A DNA stretch of 63,825 nucleotides, counting the filler, from Octopus bimaculoides (taxonomy: Eukaryota): NCBI RefSeq assembly GCF_001194135.2. It is 8 parts of 8 records of this genome, joined end to end, with 100 filler letters (N's around TTAATTAATTAA, not from the genome) between each part and the next. Parts side by side here need not be neighbours in the genome. Positions count along the whole stretch, not along the records: positions 32,459 to 50,391 come from NC_068984.1; 7 more parts are not named here. One strand, 5' to 3'. Under the pieces are notes generated by a model. That model was not told where the DNA came from and made no database searches. It saw only the letters and a list, made by a program, of their open reading frames with translations. Below, one piece after another: positions 37,032-48,829 of the stretch (its first letter is position 1; every line of letters starts with the position of its first letter). The position numbers and the translations under genes are program-made.

Positions 37032-37465
37032 CAGGTATGAATGTGTGGTTTAAAAATTCTGGTTTCGATCTCATCGGTAGTTCTTTGGGTTATCCTGATG
37101 AACTCTTGCTAAAACTTTATCAATGACTTCGAAGTGGAATTTGGATGAAAGTAATTCCACATGAAAACGCACACAAACATACACAGAGGGAGAGACGGGC
37201 ATTAAGAATAAATGGCGCTGTTGGCACAAACACGGTCACTCTTCTGATATCAAGAAAAGAACACACATATATAAACAAGAGAGTAAGAGACAGTAGGGAG
37301 AACAATATATACTGAAATAGTTAAAATGGAGCCATCTCACGCTAAACATATGTTGATGTCATAAGGATTTTGTAAACTGTCGAGAAATTTTGTTTAAATG
37401 ATAGATCTTGACTATTCCAAAAAAAGAATTATTTCACGCTCTTCCGAAAGTTTATAGATTCTTAC

Positions 37466-37724
37466 GAGTTAACATAAAATTATTGCAGGTAAGAATAAAA
37501 TATCTAAAATAGAAAAAGAAATTCAAGGAGTTGCTTTGTTCGATGGTAGACCGTCTGTCGTATCTGCAGTAGATGTGGGATCGAGTCCTACGGGGGCAGC
37601 CTTCGACTATTTCAAACCAATATTCATACGCGCTATTCTCTACTAAATTCTTTCGTAGAAAAACATCGAGAACAGGGTTTGCGAAAAGCACAAGTAGGCT
37701 TAGTAAGACTCTTGCCTCATACAT
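37466..37724 (-). CDS. Candidate first exon with signal-peptide-like start (MYEARVLLSLLVLFANPVL...)
   Basis: Open frame in unique sequence, hydrophobic N-terminus, CTC|GTAAGA donor. No recognised homology. Confidence 0.2.
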
Positions 37725-40049
37725 TGATGAAATGCAAAGTCTTTCAGCAATATGGGAAAGAAAAACAGTTAGCTGGTGCTTCAGACAGTGGGTCATGATT
37801 TGTGAAAAAACTGCTTCTATTTACTTATACGCTATAGAAAATAAGTGGTGTTTAGAGCCAGAAAAAAAGTTGGTTCGAATTATTCAAAAACGTTCTGATC
37901 TTTACAAAATCTTACAAAATGAAGATTTAGCCCTTCTACACTCCGCTCTAGCTTCATATAAACTGATAGTAGTTAATCTTAAAGAAATAAGTTTTTCTTG
38001 TATTTATATTGTAATATTTAATCATGCAAGCTTTGTTTCGGTGAATATTTCTTTAAAAAGCTTACGTCACAACACCAATTTTTATTTGAGAAATTTCCAC
38101 CAGATCAAATGAAATAAGAAAAAGCTCAATAATGCTTCAAATTTCATTTAATACGTCAAGTAAAGCGAAAGCTACTTGATTGCTTAAGTTTACTTTATTC
38201 CCGCCTTTCTCGATAAATATCATTGAAAGAAGGTAATGAATAAAAGAAAGTAATTCATGGACAATTGAAGCAAAATTTTATAACCTTACTTTCGAATTTA
38301 TTTATTTTTCTATGGCGATTGTTCATTGCCATTCACGTTTTTATTCGTTACATTCACTGCTCACATATATATGCATATATACATGTACAAATGCACATGT
38401 ACATATGTATGTATGTATGTATGTATGTATGCATATGCATATATCTATATATTCAGCTAAAAATGTGTACTGTGAACTACACTAGTATGGAGTATTTTGA
38501 TTTTTTGTTGTTTACTTAAGTTCATATCTGTGTGTATGTGTGTAGACGTGTTTGCTCGTTTCCTCCTGTTCGCGTATATCTGCGTATATAACGAATGCGA
38601 TGATATATTACATTAGGAATTCAACAAGTGAATTCACCAAGTGAATTCCCAAGCAATGAATATTTTATAACTATGCAAAATCTTTGAAACATCTGTAATT
38701 TTTAAAGCCACCTGTATACACGACAAGATATAAATTTCCAAATAAAATATTTAGGAATAGAGGAATAAACATAATTTAGGGATTTTCTTCCTTAATTCAA
38801 TGATTGAATAGCTCGAAAATATTGGTGAAAGCAAAAGTCAAAAAGAGAAAGAAGCCAAGCTGAAAAGAAATATTTAGAAAGACGGCACGCTGATAGAATG
38901 AAAAGGAAGTCGAAACGAAACAAATTGACAAAATGACAAACATTGAAGACAACGACCAAATGTTGAAAAAGAAAACCTACCGAAAAACGAAATGATAGAT
39001 GTTTACCATAAATTTAAAAAGAAAAAGACGATACAATGATTATTGGAGGCAAGGAAAAACAAACAAAGAAGAGCAAAAGAAAATACATACATAAATATAT
39101 ATGGATGTGTGTGTGTACACGCGCGTGTATGTTTGTGTATGTGTGCATGTGTGTGTATTTTCTTTTACTCTGTATATATGTACATATAGAATATATATAT
39201 GTATTATGTATAGATAATCGAATTGTAGATAAATAGATGGATAAATAGATAGATTGCTTCTTTACCTAGTTCTTCAAGTCATAGACAGAAGAATAACGGC
39301 AAGGATAATTTGCTGTTGGTTGTCTATGGTAAATGACAGATAGGAAAGTAAAGTCAATTGAGTTGTCTTTATTAAAAAATTGTTTGCTTCACATGAAGGG
39401 TTTCTGTTCAGGGAAAATCCTATTAATCTTGTATGAACGTTTGTGTGTGCATGCATGAATATGTATATATGTTTACACATCTGTGGGCAGATAAACGAAT
39501 TTTATCTGCACCACTGTGTGCGTATAATTCTACTGTTAGCTTGCGTGTAAATTTTTAAATATGTGTGCGTGTGGGGGAGGGGCGTTATCAGTATGTAAGT
39601 GTTTCTCGGTAAATATATATGTGTAGCTGTTAATATATACATGTATTTATATATACGTGTATATGTTTGATTATCATCTCGTTATACTTATCTATGAGTA
39701 CTTGCCAGATCGAGAGACGGTTGTATGGATTCAAATGTCTGTGTGTACCTTTGTAGTCGTTTATTCATTACTGTATACATACACACATATACACACATAT
39801 ACAAACACAGACACAAACGCATACATATGTCTACAGACACAAACACGCACACGTCTACAGACACATGAGTTTAACCTGACGGTTTCACGAATAAATAAAA
39901 CGAATTTTATATGACTTTTATTATTGTAGTCAACCCATCAATAATTGTTGTTGCTATTCCTAAAAATCTTTAAAATATCCTTAATAAACATAAATGTTAG
40001 TGCATGACTGCTACTCCCGTGTGGGCCTCTACAGCCACAGCAGACACTG

Positions 40050-40221
40050 TACCACCATAAGCAGCTGATATATATTATTTGCGTTATTTACAATTCACAG
40101 ACATTGTCCTCATCCTGTTTCTTGTTAACACAGCGTTTCGGCTGATATACCCTCCGGCCTTCATCAGGTGTCTTGGGGAAATTTCGAACCTGGGTTCTCA
40201 TTCTTAACGTATTTTTTGATG

Positions 40222-40290
<69 letters not shown>
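40050..40290 (-). mobile_element. Headless copy of the hammerhead-bearing SINE, inverted relative to 40948-41250
   Basis: Reverse complement matches 41040-41220 (GAATGAGAACCCAGGTTCGAAATTTCCCC...GATGAGGACAA). Confidence 0.9.
40127..40172 (-). ncRNA. Hammerhead motif with U16.1 changed to C
   Basis: GACAC CTGATGA A GGCCG..CAGCC GAAA CG C T GTGTT. Confidence 0.6.
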
Positions 40291-40294
<4 letters not shown>

Positions 40295-40855
40295 CAGTGT
40301 GTGAGAGAGCAGTGCATGTCATCAAAGGGACACTGGGGTAAAATATACGCAGCCCAGTATACCCATAATGACTACCCGTCTGATAGGGATACACCAGGCA
40401 CATGCATCACAACCATATGTGCGCGACATCGTGATCTCATATCAAGATAAACAGCGCAACACCCCGCAGGTGAGGCCCAGTTAGAATTTTCTTCAGGTCG
40501 AGTAGCCCATCCCGTTCAAAAGGTCCCTGAATAAGGTTTGTTTAAGGATGTTGAGCAATACACCCATGTTTCCAAAGGTGAATTATTCAAACCCCAAAGA
40601 ATTCCTCTCAACACCTGGCTATGATGCTCCCCCACTACTTCTGCTCATGATCAGAGATGCCCATATCGTCAGCCACCAAGAGGGACATGCTCAACCGGTG
40701 ATGGTCAAATAACTGACAAGCAAATCTATGGTATTAAGCAGAATATTTGCTGTAGCCCATCTTTTATACCAAGATAAAACAATGTACATGATAACACTTC
40801 CAATCAATTAAGATTTGCAGCCATGAGAACTACTGCCTGGTACGGCATCCGGGCA
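40295..40855. mobile_element. ~560-bp non-coding dispersed repeat inserted in a (TTA)n tract
   Basis: Sharp boundaries inside a TTA microsatellite, GC higher than flanks, no ORF or TIR recognised. Confidence 0.55.
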
Positions 40856-40878
40856 TTTATTATTTATTATTATTATTA

Positions 40879-40947
<69 letters not shown>

Positions 40948-40953
<6 letters not shown>

Positions 40954-41250
40954 TCCACCCACGGGCATATGGCGTAGTGGTTAAGAGCGGGAGCTACTAG
41001 ACCCAAGATTCCGAGTTCGATTCCAGGCAGTGACCTGAATAATAATAATAGTAATAATAACAACAACAACAGCAGCAACATCGAAAAATACCTTAGGAAT
41101 GAGAACCCAGGTTCGAAATTTCCCCAGGGCACCTGATGAAGGCTGGAGGGTATATCAGCCGAAACGTTGTGTTAACAACAAACAAGATGAGGACAAATAT
41201 CCGTCAATTGTAAATAATGTACATAATTCTCCACGTCTTAAATATAGAAC
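40948..41250 (+). mobile_element. tRNA-headed SINE-like element with (AAT)n linker and hammerhead-containing tail
   Basis: TGGCGTAGTGG A box (40970), GAGTTCGATTCC B box (41013), (AAT/AAC)n, hammerhead at 41128-41173. Confidence 0.85.
41128..41173 (+). ncRNA. Minimal type I hammerhead ribozyme, core intact
   Basis: GGCAC CTGATGA A GGCTG-gagggtatat-CAGCC GAAA CG T T GTGTT; stem III reduced to the palindrome ACGT. Confidence 0.75.
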
Positions 41251-43393
41251 TATATACATATATATATACACATACATACACACACATACATACACACACA
41301 TATATAACAAGCAAAAATGAATCCCCGTTGTAGAACGACGGAAATCCAAAACGATATATAATCTACATCTGATTATATGCTGTTTATTGATATATGCCAG
41401 TATTGATATTTTTTTTTTACGCATGCATATATACATATTTGCATTCAAGCATGGATTTTACAAAAACATTTTTGCAGGAAGGGGTGTTCTACTATAATTT
41501 TGATGTTTCTGTTATCGTGACCTTTCTGTTTCTTCCGTTATTGAGTGCGTATGGCTGTGGCAATGAAAGAAATGACGTCTGTGTTATTGAGTCAAAATGG
41601 AACAACAAATGAAAATATTCTGTTAAACAATAAGCGTTCTATTTATTTTATAATAGGTTTAGATGATGCTGAGGGGATTGACAAACGCTATAGGGTATGA
41701 TTTCCACAATCAATTCCTAGTGGATATCGATGCACTCAATGTACGCTGTCATTAACTACATTTGTGTAAGAGATTGAGACAAAGTTTCTTTTATGATTCT
41801 ATTTGATTTAGTTACCATCTGATTAAAGCTTATTCCGTGGTGTTTTGTCTTTATAATGTTTTTTCGAGTACTGTATTTTACTTTTATACATTTATTATTT
41901 TGATAAATTTTATAAATAGAATTATTAAATTTTTTAAAAAATACTGATTCGATAATGGAAAATTCATAGCAATTGGCATTTAAATACTTTAAAAATTTCT
42001 TCTTTGCTATTGCGACTTCTGTGAGGTTTATTAAGATTTTCTCATTTTAAACGAAGCACATCAAATTTGTATGAAGTCACGCAGCTACAGCAAGTTGTGT
42101 ATAATTCAATCGAAAGAACATATTTTATATAGTTATATATTAAATGTTCTATATAATTTATAATAAATTTAGAGGATGCTGAGAAGATTAACAAACGCTG
42201 TTGTGTACGATTTATGCAATCGATTCCCAATGAGATCCAATTCAATGCGCAACATTATTATTCGTGAAGAGATGTGTGAATGTCATACAGACTCGTTTAA
42301 CATTGTGGACTTGTGAACAAAATTAATCGATATATATATGAGAATGTGTGGATTGCAATTCTTTGAAATTTTATTGGTGCAGGCATGGCCGTATGATTAA
42401 GATGTTCATTTCTAAATCATGTGTTACCGGCCAAGACATTACTATGCGGTACTTTCAGTATGTGTCTTCTACTATAGCTTCGAATCAAACAAGACTAGTA
42501 AGTCATATTAAGTCGACTGAACCTGGACGAAATTTTGTCGAAATGACAGTACTTCTTCCATGATGATATGCTTAATTTTGTCCCTTGATTTAGCAACGGT
42601 TTTTGTGTCTTTAGAGGAATCCTCTTTTTTTTTTTTACAAGTATTCAGAGCAAATCATCACTCTGAAGATAGTTCACAATCTTGCACCCTTCTTCCAAGT
42701 ACTGCGAGTCACGCTTGGTGATTGCATCTTACCTATCCATGTCCGGTCTCAGACACCCTGTGAAATGACAGGTGCAATTCGTCTCTGTCTACACCATAAA
42801 AACAATGAAAAAGTAGTAATCCGTTCCGAAAGGCTGCTGGAAATACGCTATCAAAAATATTCATAAGTAATTTGAATATGTTTATTTTTTGGATACAAGT
42901 AAAGCTATTATCTTTTAGTTAATGTCGTGTGATTTTAGAAGGTGAAATTAACTATTGTTTGTATCATAACGACCGATAGGTGGTAGATTGCAATTTGAAG
43001 ATGCTTTGACTGTTGTTTAAAGTGTGTCATGCGAAAACGTAACATGCGTAATGTATATACTTCATGTTGAAGTGAGAATATTACATAAATACCTACGACT
43101 TCCAGAAACATGAACTCGTGTCTGGAGAAAAGGTTTTTAGAATATATATGCTATGTGTCTTGATAATAATATATTTGACCGATTGTTTTCGAGTTCCTAT
43201 TCGTTTTGTTTACCGTAATAATTTGTTATCGCTATAAAACCACTTTTATTACATTTTATTGAGTCTTTTTTGCAGAAGACTCCACATGTAAAAATGTAGT
43301 CATTAAATTTTGGAGATTCCTATGATATATATATGATGCATATGTATGCGTGTGTATATGTATGATGTATATTTATATANNNNNNNNNNNNNN

Positions 43394-43429
<36 letters not shown>

Positions 43430-43862
43430 GCATACATAAATATAATATTTGTGTGCGCTTGTGATCCTTTGTGAGCTTCCGCGTGTGTGTATGTGTGTGC
43501 ATGTATGTGTAAATGTTTGTGAGTTTTTGTGTGTGTGTACTATGTTTTGAAGACTTCCCCTCTTTATTTCATATCTTTTCTATCTTTATGGCAATCAGAA
43601 AATATATTATTTCCCAATAATCAATGATCTTGTTTTGATAATTTTCTCACTTAAATTTATCAGTCATTTTATTTTGCTTTTTGTAATAGTGATCATTTAT
43701 TTTTATTTGTATAAATTCATTTAAGTATCACATTTTTCTGTTCTCTACTCCTAATATCGTTACTATTTCAGATATTCTACTTCTCTAAATTCAGAGCTCA
43801 ACATTTTCCTAATTCATTTCTCCTCAGAATTGAAATATTCTGAAATCCTTTCCTGGTGATAC

Positions 43863-43939
43863 CTTTTCCACGGACATCACCATACAAATGTTCAAATTGT
43901 AATAATGATTGCCTCAGCTTTATTAATCTTTTCTTCCAA
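43863..43939 (-). CDS. Candidate 77-nt exon (WKKRLIKLRQSLLQFEHLYGDVRGK)
   Basis: TTTTTTCGTTACTATCATGTAG acceptor and AAG|GTATCA donor; faint resemblance to a PH-domain beta2-3 segment. Confidence 0.15.
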
Positions 43940-44189
43940 CTACATGATAGTAACGAAAAAAAATCGATTGATCCAAGATTTATCAAACATTCATTTAAAT
44001 GAATGTTTATGTCAAACACTTTTTTATTAACAATTTACTATCAGTAGATGTTGTGTGCAGGTGATTGAATATGCTTCTATATGATTGCTCCCCATATATT
44101 TACCAATATAAGAAATGAATAATCGTTTATATTCCGCAGTCTTCTTTTTATTCCCGGGCACGGATCTGTTCTATTATATTAATACGATT

Positions 44190-44384
44190 ATTATGTTCTC
44201 GGCTTACATTAGTCAGAGTGGTGTCCTCATCTTAATTGGTGGTTTCACTACGTTTCGGCTATTGCACACTCCAGAATTCTTCAAGTGCCATGTGGTTCAA
44301 CTTAGTGCCTTACATGGGATTGAACTCAGAAAACCTAGGTGATTTTATTGCATTAACCAACGCCTTTATCCACTACGCTATGCC
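44190..44384 (-). mobile_element. Second tRNA-headed, hammerhead-bearing SINE subfamily (diverged)
   Basis: TAGCGTAGTGG A box, GAGTTCAATCCC B box, CAC TTGAAGA A..TAGCC GAAA CG T A GTG (44287-44246), shared AAGATGAGGACA tail. Confidence 0.65.
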
Positions 44385-44399
44385 TTGTAGGCAATGACA

Positions 44400-45560
44400 G
44401 CGTACAACACCCGAAACATATTTGTCTGTGTTTTCTCTTTTTTTATGCCGTCCTCCAAGAACCTATCAGTATAGTGATTGTTTCTATTTTCAGCTCCGAN
44501 NNNNNNNNNNNNNNNNNNNNNNNNNNNNNNNNNNNNNNNNNNNNNNNNNNNNNNNNNNNNNNNNNNNNNNNNNNNNNNNNNNNNNNNNNNNNNNNNNNNN
44601 NNNNNNNNNNNNNNNNNNNNNNNNNNNNNNNNNNNNNNNNNNNNNNNNNNNNNNNNNNNNNNNNNNNNNNNNNNNNNNNNNNNNNNNNNNNNNNNNNNNN
44701 NNNNNNNNNNNNNNNNNNNNNNNNNNNNNNNNNNNNNNGCCGTCCTCCAAGAACCTATCAGTATAGTGATTGTTTCTATTTTCAGCTCCGAATTTTATAT
44801 TTGAATCATTTCTGTATTCCAATAAAAGTCACGTTGTCATTTTTTACGAGGTACATACTGTTGATTAGGATATACTTCCTTTTTTGATGTTTCTCAACAA
44901 TATTCGGTCAATTACATTTTATAACCCCCACCTCTCTCTTTATGTCTTTTAATGACATATCTCAAAGTATGGTCATTTTGTTATTGTCTGTATCTAGTGT
45001 ATGTTCATAACAATTCTTTTCTATTGGTACGTCATAATACTGTTATAGTATCCACTGTACACAAATCCAAAATGCTTCATGCCTGTACCGTTTCTTCGTT
45101 AAAAGTCGCAGTCAGTTAATTGTTTCTTCCCCAATTCCACATAGTCTGCAATAACTTAATATATTTTGCTACATTACATGCTTTAGTGTTTCTTACGGAA
45201 AGGTGTTGATGTCTGGCTGCAATCAAAAATCCTCGAGACTGAGCTATAAGTCATGTGCTTTTCAGCCTGTGTTATGAATGTTCTTTGTCTGTTTCCACCA
45301 TGTTCAGCTATTACAGCTTTTCGCTATGCTTCGACGTTTAATGCCATCAGTTTAATATGTTATTTTATATAAACCTTCTTTGCTAAGTTTTTAACGTCTC
45401 TCCCAATTTCTTCCGTCTTCTTTCTTTTCACAAATGTCTCTCACTTGAGTATTTGTTTTGCATTCTTGGACTTCATCAAAATGTTTTTACTGTCTGGCTT
45501 TCTTAGAGTTTTGAAGATATTAACGAATGTTTATAGTAGTTTTCTAGCTGTGTTTCCGTT
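44400..45560 (-). mobile_element. R4/Dong LINE C-terminal fragment (CCHC finger and RLE region), decayed
   Basis: CRLCGIGEETI, YEHT...TIL*D; terminal reading similar to the conserved IPIVIGALG motif. Confidence 0.6.
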
Positions 45561-45817
45561 GTAAATATAATATGTTAATTATTTTCTTTTTTCTGGTTAT
45601 TTTGTATAATTGCTTGCCGAGTTATTACCTCAGGCCTAAAGCGCTAGAAGATATGTGACTAATTATTTTCAGTTAGCTGAAATTTATAATAAATCAAGAA
45701 AACACACTCGTTATCAAAAAAGAATTGGTATGTACGTGATATGAAAGCGGTGCAAAGTCAAATGTCAAAAATGAAAATATAAAATAAAGCTCTATGCATA
45801 TATTCTTATAAATGTTT

Positions 45818-45878
<61 letters not shown>

Positions 45879-46177
45879 AGTAAAAATAAATACAAAAAAG
45901 GTGGTTTTTTTGTATGATTGTGTATAGAGGAATATATTATTTTGTCTAAAAGAGTTCCAACACTGTCTGTTTTTTATGTTTTATTTATATTCCTGCAGAA
46001 CCAATGTGGGATATAGAATATGGAATATACAATATATAATATAATATACAATATATAATATAAAATAAAATAAAATAAAAATGGATGGCACCATGAAATA
46101 AAGCATTGAATGTAGATGAAATATTGAGTGTTCAATATAAAGGATCAAATATATAAATATAAATATAAATATATAAA

Positions 46178-46218
46178 GGCGACTCGAGTTTCAGGGCTAT
46201 TTCCCTTCGCCATGGCCG
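46178..46218 (-). ncRNA. Degenerate hammerhead-like motif
   Basis: GGC-C ATGGCGA AGGG-aaatag-CCCT GAAA CTCGAG T C GCC; two core substitutions. Confidence 0.35.
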
Positions 46219-46319
46219 GTATGACAGACTTTAACAGACTATATACATTTTAAATATAGGATAAAATCTTTATAAGATTTAAATAGCCTGACAAATAAAT
46301 ACCCTGACAAATATTCTTC

Positions 46320-47345
46320 TAACCTGTCTGAATAGGTATCTCGTAAATGATGTCCTATCTGGATCTCAATGTGGCTTCCGGTCTGTTAGAGGTACATTGG
46401 ATATGATTTCCACAGAAAGACTGATGCAGGAGGACTGTGCTATGAGTAGAATATGGATCTTGTCCAGGTATTCATTGATTTACCAAGGCCTTTGATACTG
46501 TGAATAGGGCCTTACTATGGAAAATACTTGGCCAACTTGAATGTCCGGATCACTTTGTATTTATGTTTAAACCATTTCATGATGAGATGGTGGATTGGGT
46601 CAATGTTGGTGATGGCATGGCGGGACCTGTTCCTGTACAGGATGATGTCAAACAGAGTGGCATCCTTGCTCCAACTTTCTTTTCTTTGTACTTTGCTGCT
46701 GCTTTTACTTATGCAAACAAAGGCAAACAAAAATTACTATGTACTGACATCGCTTTTTTATTCATGTGAAACATAGACCCTTTACAAACGTCATGTAAGG
46801 GTCCTTCAACGCTTTCATCAGAGATGTCTGAGAAACATTCTGAAATTTCGCTGGACCTTAAAAACTCCAGACACACAGGTCCTGAGGAAAGCTGATATCT
46901 TGAGTATTGAGGCGATGGTGGACAAGCACCGGTTACGTTGAACTGGACACCTTATTAGAATGAAGGATAAAAGAATCCCTAAACAGATGCTATATGGGGG
47001 ACTTGTTAGTAGAAAGGGACCCTGGCAGAAACCAAGGCAGCGACTTAACGGCTGTGTCAAGTCCTCATTAAAAGTCTGTGATATGCAGGTGACTGACTGG
47101 GAGATCAATGCTTCTCATCTCCACAGATGGAGAAGCAGGTTAAGGAAGGGGTCGACATCTTTGAGAGAGCACGTATTCTGCATGAAGAATTTAAGCGTGC
47201 TGCTCGAAATCGTGCTGCTCGAAAGCGTGCTGCTCGAAAGCGCACTGCTAGTGTAGTGAATGGGGAAAGCTTGGTTTTGGAATGTTTGCAGTCGTGTATG
47301 CTTGTCAAGAGCAGCGCTCATTAGCCATCAACGGAGCCGCAAATG
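46320..47345 (+). mobile_element. RTE-BovB-like LINE RT fragment with internal deletion
   Basis: SQCGFR, FIDL..AFDTVNRALLWKILGQLECP, DVKQSGILAPTFFSLYF, RFHQRCLRNIL, IRMKDKRIPKQMLYG. Confidence 0.9.
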
Positions 47346-47426
47346 CAAAATATAAGTTAATCCTAGAGTGCACAACGTTGTTAAAGGTCAGCAATGGCCT
47401 TCTTTGGTCGTGAGCAGACGACCATC

Positions 47427-47470
<44 letters not shown>

Positions 47471-48269
47471 TTTATTTATTTTGGTTATATTCGTATCTAT
47501 TTCCTATTAAGTCTCCAAGTGCTTCGTTTGTTTTTGTACAGTTCTTTAAATATTATTGTTAAATTTTATTCTTGGTACGTTCTTTCGATGGTTCATATTA
47601 AGCTCTGCAACAGATTTAAATTCTTTAACTGTTTCCATCAGAATATCATTATCATTATCACATGTTTTGTCCTTATAATTTACTATACTCATATCCTTAT
47701 TATTTTCGATTTTATTTCGATTTTCTTCTTGTAGTTCAGTTTTGCTTGCCGATCTCCTTCAAGAATTTTATTGTTTTGGTTTGTTTTATTTTATTTGGTG
47801 CGAAGGGGTATAGATCTATCGTACTGCTTTGCGTTATCATTAGTCTTAAGTTTAATGTTCTAATCCTATTATAATTGTTTGTCTTCTTTTTTTGAGTACA
47901 TTTTTCTTTTTTATTGTGCTAATTCTATATATTTCTATGATTGAGGTCTTTTGGGGTTTGCGGATTTATCTTCTTAACTGAAAGAGTCTAGTGATATTTA
48001 ATGTTACTTTTGATCAGGGTTACTTCGTCTCCAAACTTTGAGTTAACATATTGTATATGTGCCGTGTAGGTTGTAAATGCTGTTATATTATTGGGTAGCA
48101 GTTATACAGAACATAGATTTTGCTTATTGTTGACTGCGTGTAAGTTGCGTTATAACGTTAAATATTATAAGAGTTGTATTATTTTATAGGTTGTATGCGT
48201 GACTGAATGGTAATTATAAAGAGTAATTCTATTAGTGTTAAGTAGAGATTTAAATGGATGTGTTGTGTT

Positions 48270-48810
48270 ATTGAATCTAAACTGTTCCACATAGAATATA
48301 ATCTGTACCTTGCCAGCTCAAGTATTGTTTGTGTTCTTATTCTTCTTTTGATTATACTGTAGCTGCGTCCAAATTGTTAAAGGTACTGTTCCCATTCTCA
48401 CAACAAACAATCAGTTAATTTTAATTTAAAGATCATTTTACTTTATTTACTGACCATCCCCAGAGCGATATATTCCTTTATATTCGCGTTGTTGATAATT
48501 ATATCTGGACGGCTTGCTTTGGTCTCCTCGTAAATATGTACAGACATGTTCCAGATGGTTGTTGCCAGGTCGTTGTTATACCATTTCTTATTTATTTTCG
48601 TGCCGAAATAGCAGCGTGTTGCCCATTGGATAAAGCTTCCAGCTGTATCATATCTCTGAATGTAATCTGAATTTACAAGAATAGCGCACTTAAAAACTAT
48701 GTGAGCAGTTATCACGTTGTACATTCTGGGCCGTTGGTGAATTTCACACTGCCTCAATTTTGATCTGTCGATTCCATCGTTTATTGACGTTGATGCGTAA
48801 TTCATCTCTA
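48270..48810 (-). mobile_element. R4/Dong LINE restriction-like endonuclease fragment
   Basis: HIVFKCAIL..YIQRYD..WY..SRPDIII: CCHC remnant plus the RPD motif of the RLE domain. Confidence 0.7.
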
Positions 48811-48829
48811 CATTTTTTTGTTTACCATA

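Noticed and set aside
37060-37082. Minus-strand CCGATGA GATC GAAA CCAG (similar sketch at 14675-14700)
   Set aside because: No loop for stem II and no valid UH site or stem I.
40963-41035. tRNA-like sequences (also at 8642, 31225 and 44384) as tRNA genes
   Set aside because: They have A/B boxes but no complete cloverleaf or acceptor stem and continue into repeat bodies, so they are SINE heads.
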